From positions 1-41,302 of the forward strand of contig CAZAFM010000003.1 of NCBI GenBank assembly GCA_964484395.1: a stretch of 41,302 nt of DNA, read 5' to 3'. This document shows positions 19,253-27,123 of the stretch, one piece after another. Position 1 is the first letter of the stretch, and each line of letters opens with the position of its first letter. Made by a program: the position numbers and the translations under genes. This stretch comes from an uncultured Campylobacterales bacterium (GTDB taxonomy: Bacteria; Campylobacterota; Campylobacteria; Campylobacterales; CAZAFM01). Under the pieces are notes generated by a model. The model was not told where the DNA came from. It searched no databases and saw only the letters and a list, made by a program, of their open reading frames with translations.

Positions 19253-20209
19253 CTACTCTTGCATTTTTAGAAAAGAGAAATTTTTACACATATTTGATAC
19301 ATCATCTTCTATATTAAAACCAATACATATTAGAATAGAGGGTTTATCGTACTCAGCAAGCTCCTCATAGGATATATCACCAAAAGCGTAGTTTATAATT
19401 AAGGGCTGTGGTATGTCCTCTAGTTTTACAACACCCTTAACTCTAAAAATAGATTTAGGAAGCGCTTTTAAAAGTCTTTCTAGCTCTTCAAAGCTACATG
19501 GACTCTGAATATAGAGTGGTTTTTGGGTGATTGAATCTCTAGTGGTATGGTCATGATGGGTATGGTCTTTTGCTATGTCTTGAAGTTCATCAACCCTATA
19601 TATTCCTTCAAAAAGCTCTTTTTCTACATAACCTTTTGAGGTGCAACTCAAAATAGTGTTATTAAATACTGTCTTTCCTGTGAGGTTGTTTTTGATAGTA
19701 AACTCTTTATGTATATCCATAACCTCTTTTTTAAGCAACTCTAGGCTATCTTCTTTGATGAGGTCAATCTTGTTGATGATGATTATGTTAGAGCCACCAA
19801 GTTGATATTTAGCTGTTTGATTATCCCTATATATAGCAAAGTTTTTAGCATCTACTACACAGATAATCCCTTCTACTATGATGCCAAGGTTTTTTAGAGA
19901 TAAAAATATAGGAAAAGGCTCAGAGGCACCTGATGTCTCAACAAAAATAACCTCTGGATTATAGTTTTGGATTATCTCTATTACGCCTCTTTCAAACTCT
20001 TCTGCAAGTTTGCAACAAATACACCCCTCTGAAATTTCAAGAACTTCACTATGCACATTTTTTAGGATTTTACCATCTATGCCAACCTCTCCAAATTCAT
20101 TGACTATAATTGCAACCTTTTTGTCTTTGAAATGCTCTCTTACTGTATTTGTAAGCATTGTTGACTTCCCAACACCTAAAAATCCAGTAATTACAAAAGC
20201 GTGTATCAT
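19253..20209 (-). CDS. COG0523/CobW-family G3E GTPase metallochaperone
   Basis: TGFLGVGKS (Walker A), NEFGE, GCICC metal motif, VETSG, NKID, His-rich HTHHDH, RVKG. Confidence 0.93.
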   Translation of the reverse strand: MIHAFVITGFLGVGKSTMLTNTVREHFKDKKVAIIVNEFGEVGIDGKILKNVHSEVLEISEGCICCKLAEEFERGVIEIIQNYNPEVIFVETSGASEPFPIFLSLKNLGIIVEGIICVVDAKNFAIYRDNQTAKYQLGGSNIIIINKIDLIKEDSLELLKKEVMDIHKEFTIKNNLTGKTVFNNTILSCTSKGYVEKELFEGIYRVDELQDIAKDHTHHDHTTRDSITQKPLYIQSPCSFEELERLLKALPKSIFRVKGVVKLEDIPQPLIINYAFGDISYEELAEYDKPSILICIGFNIEDDVSNMCKNFSFLKMQE

Positions 20210-20239
20210 AGAATCATCCTTGAGGTATTTAGAGTGTTA

Positions 20240-20264
20240 AGGGTAGCAAGGGAGTTGCTACCCT
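20240..20264 (-). terminator. Perfect 10-bp hairpin between porG and the COG0523 gene
   Basis: AGGGTAGCAA-gggag-TTGCTACCCT; no clear U tract, so a weak terminator or an mRNA-stabilising stem. Confidence 0.55.
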
Positions 20265-20294
20265 AGAAATTTGTACTAAAGTTACTAAGAGTAG

Positions 20295-20996
20295 CTATCT
20301 CTTTGGAGCATCAAGAATCTGCTTAAGTCCTACCTCTTTGCACCACTGCTCAGTCAAATCATAAGCTGATGATGCTGTTTGTAGGTTTTTGTCAATAAGT
20401 TCCATCTTCTTCTTGAACTTCTTCTCAATAGCTGAGTCAAGTGTAGCTGTACCACCAGAAGCGGTGTATTTTTTCAAGAATCTATCTTTTATACCCTCTT
20501 CAATAGCTGGTTTATCAACAGTACCTAGTGCTCCAAAAAGTGCACCTAGCATCGCCATATTAGTAGCTAGCTCTGTTCCTGCAAGATCAATAGCGAACTT
20601 TGTAAAGTCTTTTGTAAGCACTTTAACATTCAAGTCATCTAATCTTTTCTTATCAGAGGCTGTTAATAGCTCAGTGTCACTATTGATAATTACAAGACCA
20701 TCCTCTTTGATACCTGAGTAAAAAGGCATTGTATAGGATTTACCCATTGTGATAACTTGTGGATGATATACCATTATAATGTCAGGATATATAACTTCAC
20801 CCCTATCATATACTGGAACAGTTGCAATCCTAGCATAGCTCTCTGAGGGTGCCATTCTCTTTTCAGCACCAAAAAAAGGATTTGAAACTGCATAGTAACC
20901 TACTGTGTCTGCTGCAGTAGCTGCGATATGGGCAGCTGTAACTGCTCCTTGCCCACCAAGTGCAGGCATTCTGATTTTAATTGAATCTTTTGCCAT
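20295..20996 (-). CDS. porG: 2-oxoacid:ferredoxin oxidoreductase gamma subunit (Por type)
   Basis: ALGGQGAVT, FFGAEKRMAP; start moved to MAKDSIK at 20996, overlapping the porB stop. Confidence 0.85.
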   Translation of the reverse strand: MAKDSIKIRMPALGGQGAVTAAHIAATAADTVGYYAVSNPFFGAEKRMAPSESYARIATVPVYDRGEVIYPDIIMVYHPQVITMGKSYTMPFYSGIKEDGLVIINSDTELLTASDKKRLDDLNVKVLTKDFTKFAIDLAGTELATNMAMLGALFGALGTVDKPAIEEGIKDRFLKKYTASGGTATLDSAIEKKFKKKMELIDKNLQTASSAYDLTEQWCKEVGLKQILDAPKR

Positions 20997-21865
20997 TATA
21001 AAAGTCCCTCTTCTTTGCATTTTGCTATATTTTTTTCTGCTTCAGGTGAAAGATGTCTAAAAAACTGAAACCTATCTTTATCTCTAGCCTTCATCTCTCC
21101 TAAGCCCTCATTTGCACTCAAGCCTATCTCAAGTATACAAGGAGTGTGTAGGTTTACAAAACTAGGACCTACCTCTCTAGCTGTCAAAATCGCTTCTTTA
21201 ATCACTTTTGCAACTTGCTTAGGGTTCGACCCTGTTAAGTTAGCAGAGTAGTGGCATCCAGATGTTACTGCTATATCCCATAAAGGAACTTTGTCAAACT
21301 GCTTACCTTTAGGTGCCATTTTAAAAACATGACCCTTTGCAGTCGCACCACTCTCTTGACCACCAGTATTTGCATATACTTCATTATCAAAACAGATTGT
21401 AGTTATCTTCTCTTGTCTGAAAAAAGACTGGAGTGTGTAATCAAGTCCTATATCAACAGTAGCACCATCACCAGCAAGAACAACAACATCTTTAGGCTTA
21501 TCAGGAAATCTCCACTCTAGAACTCTTTTTATTCCAGATGCTACTGAGTTTTGGTTTCCAAATAGTGAGTGCACAGTATGGAGTGCAATATGTGGGAACA
21601 TTAGTGAAGTACAACCTGTTGAGTTGACTATAATAGTCTCTTCTGGATTTGGAAGGGCTGCTAGGACATATCTTATTGTTGCAGCTTCTGGGCATCCTGC
21701 ACAGAGTGAATGCTCTTCTATAATCTCTTTTGAGATAGGTAGCTCATTTATCCCTCTTGGCTTATCTTGTTTACAAGCCCATGTAGCCCTCTCCTCAAGA
21801 TCTATAATCTCCTGAGGCATAATATCTCTAAATTCTGGGTTGATTTTATACATATCATAAGACAT
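20996..21865 (-). CDS. porB: 2-oxoacid:ferredoxin oxidoreductase beta subunit (Por type)
   Basis: CAGC, NSTGC, GDGA...DNEVYANTGGQES, TPC. Confidence 0.85.
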   Translation of the reverse strand: MSYDMYKINPEFRDIMPQEIIDLEERATWACKQDKPRGINELPISKEIIEEHSLCAGCPEAATIRYVLAALPNPEETIIVNSTGCTSLMFPHIALHTVHSLFGNQNSVASGIKRVLEWRFPDKPKDVVVLAGDGATVDIGLDYTLQSFFRQEKITTICFDNEVYANTGGQESGATAKGHVFKMAPKGKQFDKVPLWDIAVTSGCHYSANLTGSNPKQVAKVIKEAILTAREVGPSFVNLHTPCILEIGLSANEGLGEMKARDKDRFQFFRHLSPEAEKNIAKCKEEGLL

Positions 21866-21866
21866 C

Positions 21867-23066
21867 TTAAGCTCCTTTACCAGTGTTTACTACTTCCATA
21901 ACTTCAGCGATAATCGCTTCAGCAGGCATACTCATACCACCGGCGACTCTTGGTCCAGCGATAACCTCTGCATCACACTTTCTATATAGTGATGCTTTGA
22001 CTTCGTTTGCAAGCCAACCAACTACATTTAGCTCAGGTACAAATGCATACTTAACACCCTTCATAGCTTCAAGAAGCTCATCATGTGGAAAAGGTCTTAT
22101 AGTTCTTAACTTGATAACTTTAGTTTTAATTCCCAGTTTTTCTAGCTCTCTTTTTGCTTCTTTTGCTTGGTTTGATGCTGTTCCACATGCAATTAGTGCA
22201 ATCTCTGCATCATCTTCTCCTACAGTGTGGACTAGTCCACCTAGGAAGTGTTTTGTGTATGGTATTGATCTCTCTACTGCTGATCTTATCTCCCACTGCC
22301 AGCTAGCATGCGTTGCATAAGATATGTAGTTTGACTTCATTACAAATGGGTCTCTTAAAAATCTACCAGGTGACATCTCAGCATCTATTGGAGGAAGTGG
22401 AGCTTTGTATGGTTCATAAGGTTTAAGTGCAATATCATCACTTGGAATCTCAACAGCTTCTCTAGTGTGAGATACAAAGAACCCATCAATAACTGTAATA
22501 ATAGGAACATGAACATCTGGTTTCTCTGCAACCTCAAAACCAGCAATAGTCATATCAAATAGTTCTTGCACATTCTCAGCATACCAGATAATACAACCTG
22601 TCTCTAGTAGATAGAAAACCTCTAAGTTATCTGGCTGAATTGTAAGTGGTGAGTTGATACCTCTTGCCATAAGTATTAGTTGAACTGGAATTCTAGTTCC
22701 TGACCACATAGCAAAGTTTTCCATAGCTCTCAAAGTTCCAGGTCCAGAAGTGGTCGTAATAGTTCTAGCTCCAGCCATTGCACAGCCTGCCACTTCAGAC
22801 ATTACACCAAACTCGTTTTCACCTCTAAAGTATGTACCAACATAGCCATCTCTCCACAACTCTCCTATAAGGTGAGCTCCCTCTGATTGTGGTGTGATAG
22901 GATATGAAACAGAAGCATCAACAGTACATCGTTTAACCGCTTCTTGTAGGATTTCTGATCCTGTCATGAAGTGTTTTGTTCTAGGCGCCTCAAATAGCAT
23001 ATAATCGGCTGTCACTAGAGTCTGTCCGCTCCAATTTTTTGTATCTGTCATTTTATTTCTACTCAT
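21867..23066 (-). CDS. porA: 2-oxoacid:ferredoxin oxidoreductase alpha subunit (Por type)
   Basis: YPITPQSE, TTSGPG, DGFFVSH, RPFP. The pyruvate assignment rests on the EDABG order known from Hydrogenobacter por genes. Confidence 0.85.
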   Translation of the reverse strand: MSRNKMTDTKNWSGQTLVTADYMLFEAPRTKHFMTGSEILQEAVKRCTVDASVSYPITPQSEGAHLIGELWRDGYVGTYFRGENEFGVMSEVAGCAMAGARTITTTSGPGTLRAMENFAMWSGTRIPVQLILMARGINSPLTIQPDNLEVFYLLETGCIIWYAENVQELFDMTIAGFEVAEKPDVHVPIITVIDGFFVSHTREAVEIPSDDIALKPYEPYKAPLPPIDAEMSPGRFLRDPFVMKSNYISYATHASWQWEIRSAVERSIPYTKHFLGGLVHTVGEDDAEIALIACGTASNQAKEAKRELEKLGIKTKVIKLRTIRPFPHDELLEAMKGVKYAFVPELNVVGWLANEVKASLYRKCDAEVIAGPRVAGGMSMPAEAIIAEVMEVVNTGKGA

Positions 23067-23067
23067 T

Positions 23068-23637
23068 TTATCTCCCTAGCTCTGCTTTTACTTCTTTGGC
23101 AATTTTAATAAACTTCTCAAGCTCTTCAGCGTGTTGGTCTCTCAAAGTAGCCATTGCATCCTCGTGTCCTGATAAGCCACAAATCGCGATAGTATAACAA
23201 TCAGTCTCAGCACGCACTATTTTGAGTGCGACATTAGCATAGTGACAGTGGACACCAACAAATATTGCTGCTTTAATATCGTTATGCCAAATTGTTAAGT
23301 TCGGATGATTTGGGTTTATCTCAACTTCTGGGTTAATTTTTGGATATTTTGGTCGGTAATCATACATTGGAATCATCTTTGCACCAAGTATGTCAGCTAT
23401 CTCTTTAACCAAAGTAGCTTTCTTTTTTGCTTCTTCACTCCAACCATAGAGCACTTGCGGTCCTGGGAAGATTGTTGCATTATCTCTTGTAAGCATAACC
23501 TTCGCAACCTCTCTCATTGCAACCTCTTCATCAACCACCTCTTCTAATAGAAGTGCTTTTCCTTCTGGTGGTGTGATGATACCTTCATAAGTAGCCACCG
23601 GATATGGTGAGTAATACGCTGGGCCAATGTTTGCCAT
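23068..23637 (-). CDS. porD: Delta subunit of five-subunit oxidoreductase (Por type)
   Basis: TIFPGPQVL, DYRPKYPKI, NPNHPNLTI, FVGVHCHYAN. Confidence 0.8.
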   Translation of the reverse strand: MANIGPAYYSPYPVATYEGIITPPEGKALLLEEVVDEEVAMREVAKVMLTRDNATIFPGPQVLYGWSEEAKKKATLVKEIADILGAKMIPMYDYRPKYPKINPEVEINPNHPNLTIWHNDIKAAIFVGVHCHYANVALKIVRAETDCYTIAICGLSGHEDAMATLRDQHAEELEKFIKIAKEVKAELGR

Positions 23638-23690
23638 AAATTCTCCTATAAAGTAATTTTCACATTAATAATGAGCTAAAGCTTTTTAGC

Positions 23691-23918
23691 TTACTCTTCC
23701 TTAGCTTGCGCCATAACCATTGAGATACAGCCTCTATTAAGTAAGTCTGTGCAGACATAGACACATAGAGCGCACCCCTTGCATCTATCACTATCAACCC
23801 AAGATGTATTGTTCTCTTTATCGAACATAAGCGTATTTGCTTCTGGACAATAAAGTGTACACATATTGCATTTATGCTCAGCACATTTGTCCGAATCGAC
23901 TTTTGCTATATAATACAT
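23691..23918 (-). CDS. porE: Ferredoxin-like epsilon subunit (copy 2; protein identical to copy 1)
   Basis: Same 75-aa sequence as 15270..15497; first gene of the E-D-A-B-G order. Confidence 0.85.
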   Translation of the reverse strand: MYYIAKVDSDKCAEHKCNMCTLYCPEANTLMFDKENNTSWVDSDRCKGCALCVYVCTDLLNRGCISMVMAQAKEE

Positions 23919-23921
23919 AGT
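23691..23921 (-). repeat. Direct repeat copy 2 (partner 15270-15500)
   Basis: 225 of 228 coding bases identical to copy 1; offset 8421 bp. Confidence 0.95.
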
Positions 23922-24082
23922 TCCACTCCATGTTGTAAATTAATCTACTAAAACTCCACTAAAAAGAAGCAAGCTAGAGCAGATCTTCGTAATGCTACTA
24001 AATAGATAAAATTGTGTTGAGGTCATATACACTTCATTAATGCATAGTAGCTCAACTTCAAGACTATCTACTTTGAAATAAG

Positions 24083-24162
24083 GTTATACCAAAATTTACT
24101 TTAGAATTATTTTAGACAACCTATTTTGTGTAAAATCTTGGTGTTTATTACAATCTATTACC
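24083..24162 (-). promoter_or_regulatory. Putative porE promoter: extended -10 and degenerate 10-bp-period repeat
   Basis: Minus-strand TGgTATAAC at 24091-24083; GGTAATA-gat-TGTAATA at 24162-24146. Confidence 0.4.
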
Positions 24163-24178
24163 AATAAAAAGGCAGAAC

Positions 24179-24676
24179 CTAGAGAGCTTTTAGTGCATCC
24201 TCATAGTCTGGCTCTTCCGTGATTTCTGGCACTATCTGCTTGTAAGCAACTTTACCATCTGTATCAATAACTAGTATTGCTCTACAAGTAAGACCAGCTA
24301 GAGGACCATCAGTTAGTAGCATACCGTATTTTTGTGCAAACTCTTTATTTCTAAAATCAGAACAAACTGTAAGGTTTTCTATACCCTCAGTGGTGCAAAA
24401 TCTAGTTGCCGCAAAAGGAAGATCCATAGAGATAATAATAACCTCTGCATTACTAACTGAAGCTGCTTTTTCATTAAACTTCCTAGCTTCAGCTGCGCAA
24501 ACAGGAGTATCTAGTGAAGGGACTGCTACAAGAACTTGCTTTTTATCACCCTTGCCACCGATTTTCTTATCACTAAGATTACTTGCCACTAGTGTTACTT
24601 CAGGTGCACTATCACCTACATTTACTTCACTACCACCTATGTTTACTGTTTTGCCTTTTAGCTTTGTCGTTACCAT
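24179..24676 (-). CDS. tpx: Thiol peroxidase (atypical 2-Cys peroxiredoxin)
   Basis: VPSLDTPVC, ISMDLPFA..RFC, EPDYE; start moved to MVTTKLKG at 24676 behind an AAGGAG RBS. Confidence 0.95.
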   Translation of the reverse strand: MVTTKLKGKTVNIGGSEVNVGDSAPEVTLVASNLSDKKIGGKGDKKQVLVAVPSLDTPVCAAEARKFNEKAASVSNAEVIIISMDLPFAATRFCTTEGIENLTVCSDFRNKEFAQKYGMLLTDGPLAGLTCRAILVIDTDGKVAYKQIVPEITEEPDYEDALKAL

Positions 24677-24808
24677 CAACTCTCCTTGTTTGAATTTATG
24701 AAAATCTCTTAATGAGATAACTCTACTCTTATTTGTCTTAAATATACAAATAGAGTTCATCTAGAAGGATATATCAGAGGCTAAGAGCTACTCTTAGAGT
24801 GGGAATTA

Positions 24809-24824
24809 TGGAATAGTTTTTGCA
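24809..24824 (+). promoter_or_regulatory. Sigma54 -24/-12 promoter upstream of a small ORF
   Basis: TGGAATAGTTTTTGCA with GG-N10-GC spacing; palindrome CTAAGAG-cta-CTCTTAG at 24781-24797 just upstream. Confidence 0.65.
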
Positions 24825-24859
24825 TATATTAAGAGCAGGAAAGCAAAAAAGGAAGCTCT

Positions 24860-25006
24860 ATGGAGATGATTACTACAATAATAGGTGTTATTATAGTTAT
24901 AGGTGTGTTGAAGTTTCTAAAAGGGCTAAATCACAAAAAACATAGTAGCAACGGTCATTCACACATTATAAATAACTACAAATACAAACTTACAGATGCT
25001 GATTAG
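24860..25006 (+). CDS. Unannotated 48-aa single-pass membrane protein
   Basis: MEMITTIIGVIIVIGVLKFLKGLNHKKHSSNGHSHIINNYKYKLTDAD; AAGGA RBS; sigma54 site upstream; stop overlaps the stop of the convergent EAL gene. Confidence 0.6.
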   Translation: MEMITTIIGVIIVIGVLKFLKGLNHKKHSSNGHSHIINNYKYKLTDAD

Positions 25007-27123
25007 TCTAGGTTTATAGAGACATCTATAGTTCTTTTTGGCTCACCAATAAAGTAGCCTTGTGAGTAGTCAACACCAAACTCATTTACTGCTTCAAATA
25101 CCTCTTTAGAATGGACAAACTCCGCAATAGTCTGGATATTTAACCTTCTTGAAAAATCAACAATAGTCTTAGAGATAATCTGAGAGTTTTTATCTCTATC
25201 TGAGTTTTTGATGATTGAAGAGTCAATTTTGATAAAGTCAATATCAAGGTTTATGATGTGGGCGAAGTTAGAATAACCACTACCAAAGTCATCTATTGCG
25301 ATTTTACAACCGTATGATTTGACCATTGAGATAAAATCAGCTATGGACTCATAGTTTTTGATATGTTCTGATTCTAGTATCTCAAAAATCACTCTATTTG
25401 AAATCTCTTGACCTTCAAATCTATCTTTTATAAAACCGATAGTCTTCTCATCAACTATGTCTTCTATGGAGAGGTTTACAGAGAAAAGATAGTCTGTATC
25501 TACGAAGTTTTCAATAGCGTTATCTATAATGTTTCTTGTGATGTTTTCATACAGTCTTGAGCGTTTTGATATGTCTAAGAAGAAAAAAGGAGCGTATACA
25601 TTTCCCTCTTCACTTATTAGTCTTGCAAGGCACTCAAACTTGTTTATCTTTTTTGTTTTATTATCTATAATTGGCTGAAAGAACGCTACAACTCTTCTAT
25701 CCTCAAGTGCGTTTTTGAGTATTTTGAGCCACTTTAGGTTCTGTTCATACTCTTTTACAACCATCATTGATTTATCATAAAACAGAAACTGCTTCCTAAG
25801 TTTTTTTGCTCTTTTTAGTGCCATATCGGCTCTATTAATGATATTGTCTTTACTTCCTCTAGCAATACCTGCTGTAACATTTAGATGTATTTTTTGCTCA
25901 TTTGCTATAAAGAGATGTCTCTCTATGAAGTCATGAATGTGTTGAATAAAATCCTTTAAGACATTGTGTTCCAAATCTTTTGCAGAAAACATAGCATACT
26001 CATCAGCTTGTAGGCGATATAGAGTAAAAAGCTGCGAACTCTCTTTAATATGACCATCTATAATTCTAGCAATTTCATTTAATATCTGATCACCTACTTT
26101 GTTCCCATAGAAGTCATTTATCTCTTTAAATGAGTCTATATTTAGAAGAATAACAATAGTATCTTCTTTAGCCTCATCTATGTCTTTAAGTAGTTTTGCT
26201 CTATTAGGAAGTCCAGTTAGCTTATCATTATAAAGCTGTGTATGTAGTTCTTCATTTTTCTCTTTTATAATAAGAATATTCTGTTTTAGTTTTGCATTTA
26301 ACTTCTCAAGTTCTAGTCTTTTTTCTTCTAGTTCATCTTCAAACCACTTCCTATCTGTAATATCAGTCCAGTTTGATATAGAAACACTTTCATCTTTATA
26401 TGTTATGGTGTTTGAGATGATATCAAGATATTTTTCATTTCCACTTTTGGTAGTAACTCTAGCTTCTTGAAATCTAGAGATAAATTTCTCTCCAGCTAAT
26501 CTTCTTTTTTGGTTTTCTCTAAAAGATATCTCATCATCTTTGTTCTCAAATGTAATGTTTTCAAATGGGTCTTTTGAGTAGAGCTCATCTTTACTAAAGC
26601 CAGTTATCTCTTCTATGGCTTTGTTTACATATAAAAACTTATCTTTTATGATACAGATACCACTTGGAGAGTCCTCTGCTACTGTGCGAAAGAGCTCTTC
26701 ACTCTCATTTAGCTTTTTTTGAGCATCTTTAAACTTCGCTCTAATAGCGCATTTGTAGAGATTAGAGTGGAGTTTTTTACTATCTACAGGCTTATTTACA
26801 TAGCTCTCTACCCCAATATTTATAGCTTCTAGTAAGTACTCAATATCATTAAAAGCACTTACTACAGCAATAGGTGCATCAGGGTCTATCTCTTTTATCT
26901 CTCTACTCATATCAAGACCATTTTTTTTAGGCATCTGTATATCAGTCATTACAATATCTGGGTTTTTATCTTTAAAAACTTCTAAGCCTACTTGCCCATT
27001 TTCAGCACTATATACCTCTTTGAAGCGTCTTTTCAAAAAGTCTACTAAAGACTCCCTAACCCACTCTTCATCTTCAACGCAGAGTATGCTAAGGTCTTTA
27101 AAAATCTCTCTATCTGTACTCAC
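25003..27123 (-). CDS. REC-PAS-GGDEF(degenerate)-EAL response regulator, likely c-di-GMP phosphodiesterase
   Basis: VEDE..TDIQMP..KP receiver; PAS ending TDITDRK; DKLTGLPNR with QADEY in place of GGDEF; ECLAR, DDFGSGYS, IKID, IAEFV, QGY. Confidence 0.92.
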   Translation of the reverse strand: MSTDREIFKDLSILCVEDEEWVRESLVDFLKRRFKEVYSAENGQVGLEVFKDKNPDIVMTDIQMPKKNGLDMSREIKEIDPDAPIAVVSAFNDIEYLLEAINIGVESYVNKPVDSKKLHSNLYKCAIRAKFKDAQKKLNESEELFRTVAEDSPSGICIIKDKFLYVNKAIEEITGFSKDELYSKDPFENITFENKDDEISFRENQKRRLAGEKFISRFQEARVTTKSGNEKYLDIISNTITYKDESVSISNWTDITDRKWFEDELEEKRLELEKLNAKLKQNILIIKEKNEELHTQLYNDKLTGLPNRAKLLKDIDEAKEDTIVILLNIDSFKEINDFYGNKVGDQILNEIARIIDGHIKESSQLFTLYRLQADEYAMFSAKDLEHNVLKDFIQHIHDFIERHLFIANEQKIHLNVTAGIARGSKDNIINRADMALKRAKKLRKQFLFYDKSMMVVKEYEQNLKWLKILKNALEDRRVVAFFQPIIDNKTKKINKFECLARLISEEGNVYAPFFFLDISKRSRLYENITRNIIDNAIENFVDTDYLFSVNLSIEDIVDEKTIGFIKDRFEGQEISNRVIFEILESEHIKNYESIADFISMVKSYGCKIAIDDFGSGYSNFAHIINLDIDFIKIDSSIIKNSDRDKNSQIISKTIVDFSRRLNIQTIAEFVHSKEVFEAVNEFGVDYSQGYFIGEPKRTIDVSINLD

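Noticed and set aside
18339-23637. Delta subunits as CO dehydrogenase components
   Set aside because: Such proteins can be auto-annotated that way, but there is no CODH catalytic subunit and the context is the five-subunit Por/For order.
15245-23884. Twin ORFs MLSINAICVH... at 15245..15463 and 23660..23884
   Set aside because: Alternative frame of the duplicated ferredoxin gene; their similarity follows from the DNA repeat.
15270-23921. Composite transposon or prophage bounded by the direct repeats
   Set aside because: The repeats are exactly a metabolic gene; no transposase, integrase, terminal inverted repeats or target duplications were seen.
23940-24026. 28-codon minus-strand ORF (MTSTQFYLFS...) in the porE leader
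   Set aside because: No convincing RBS or motif; ORFs this short arise by chance. The long leader has only short, weak stems.
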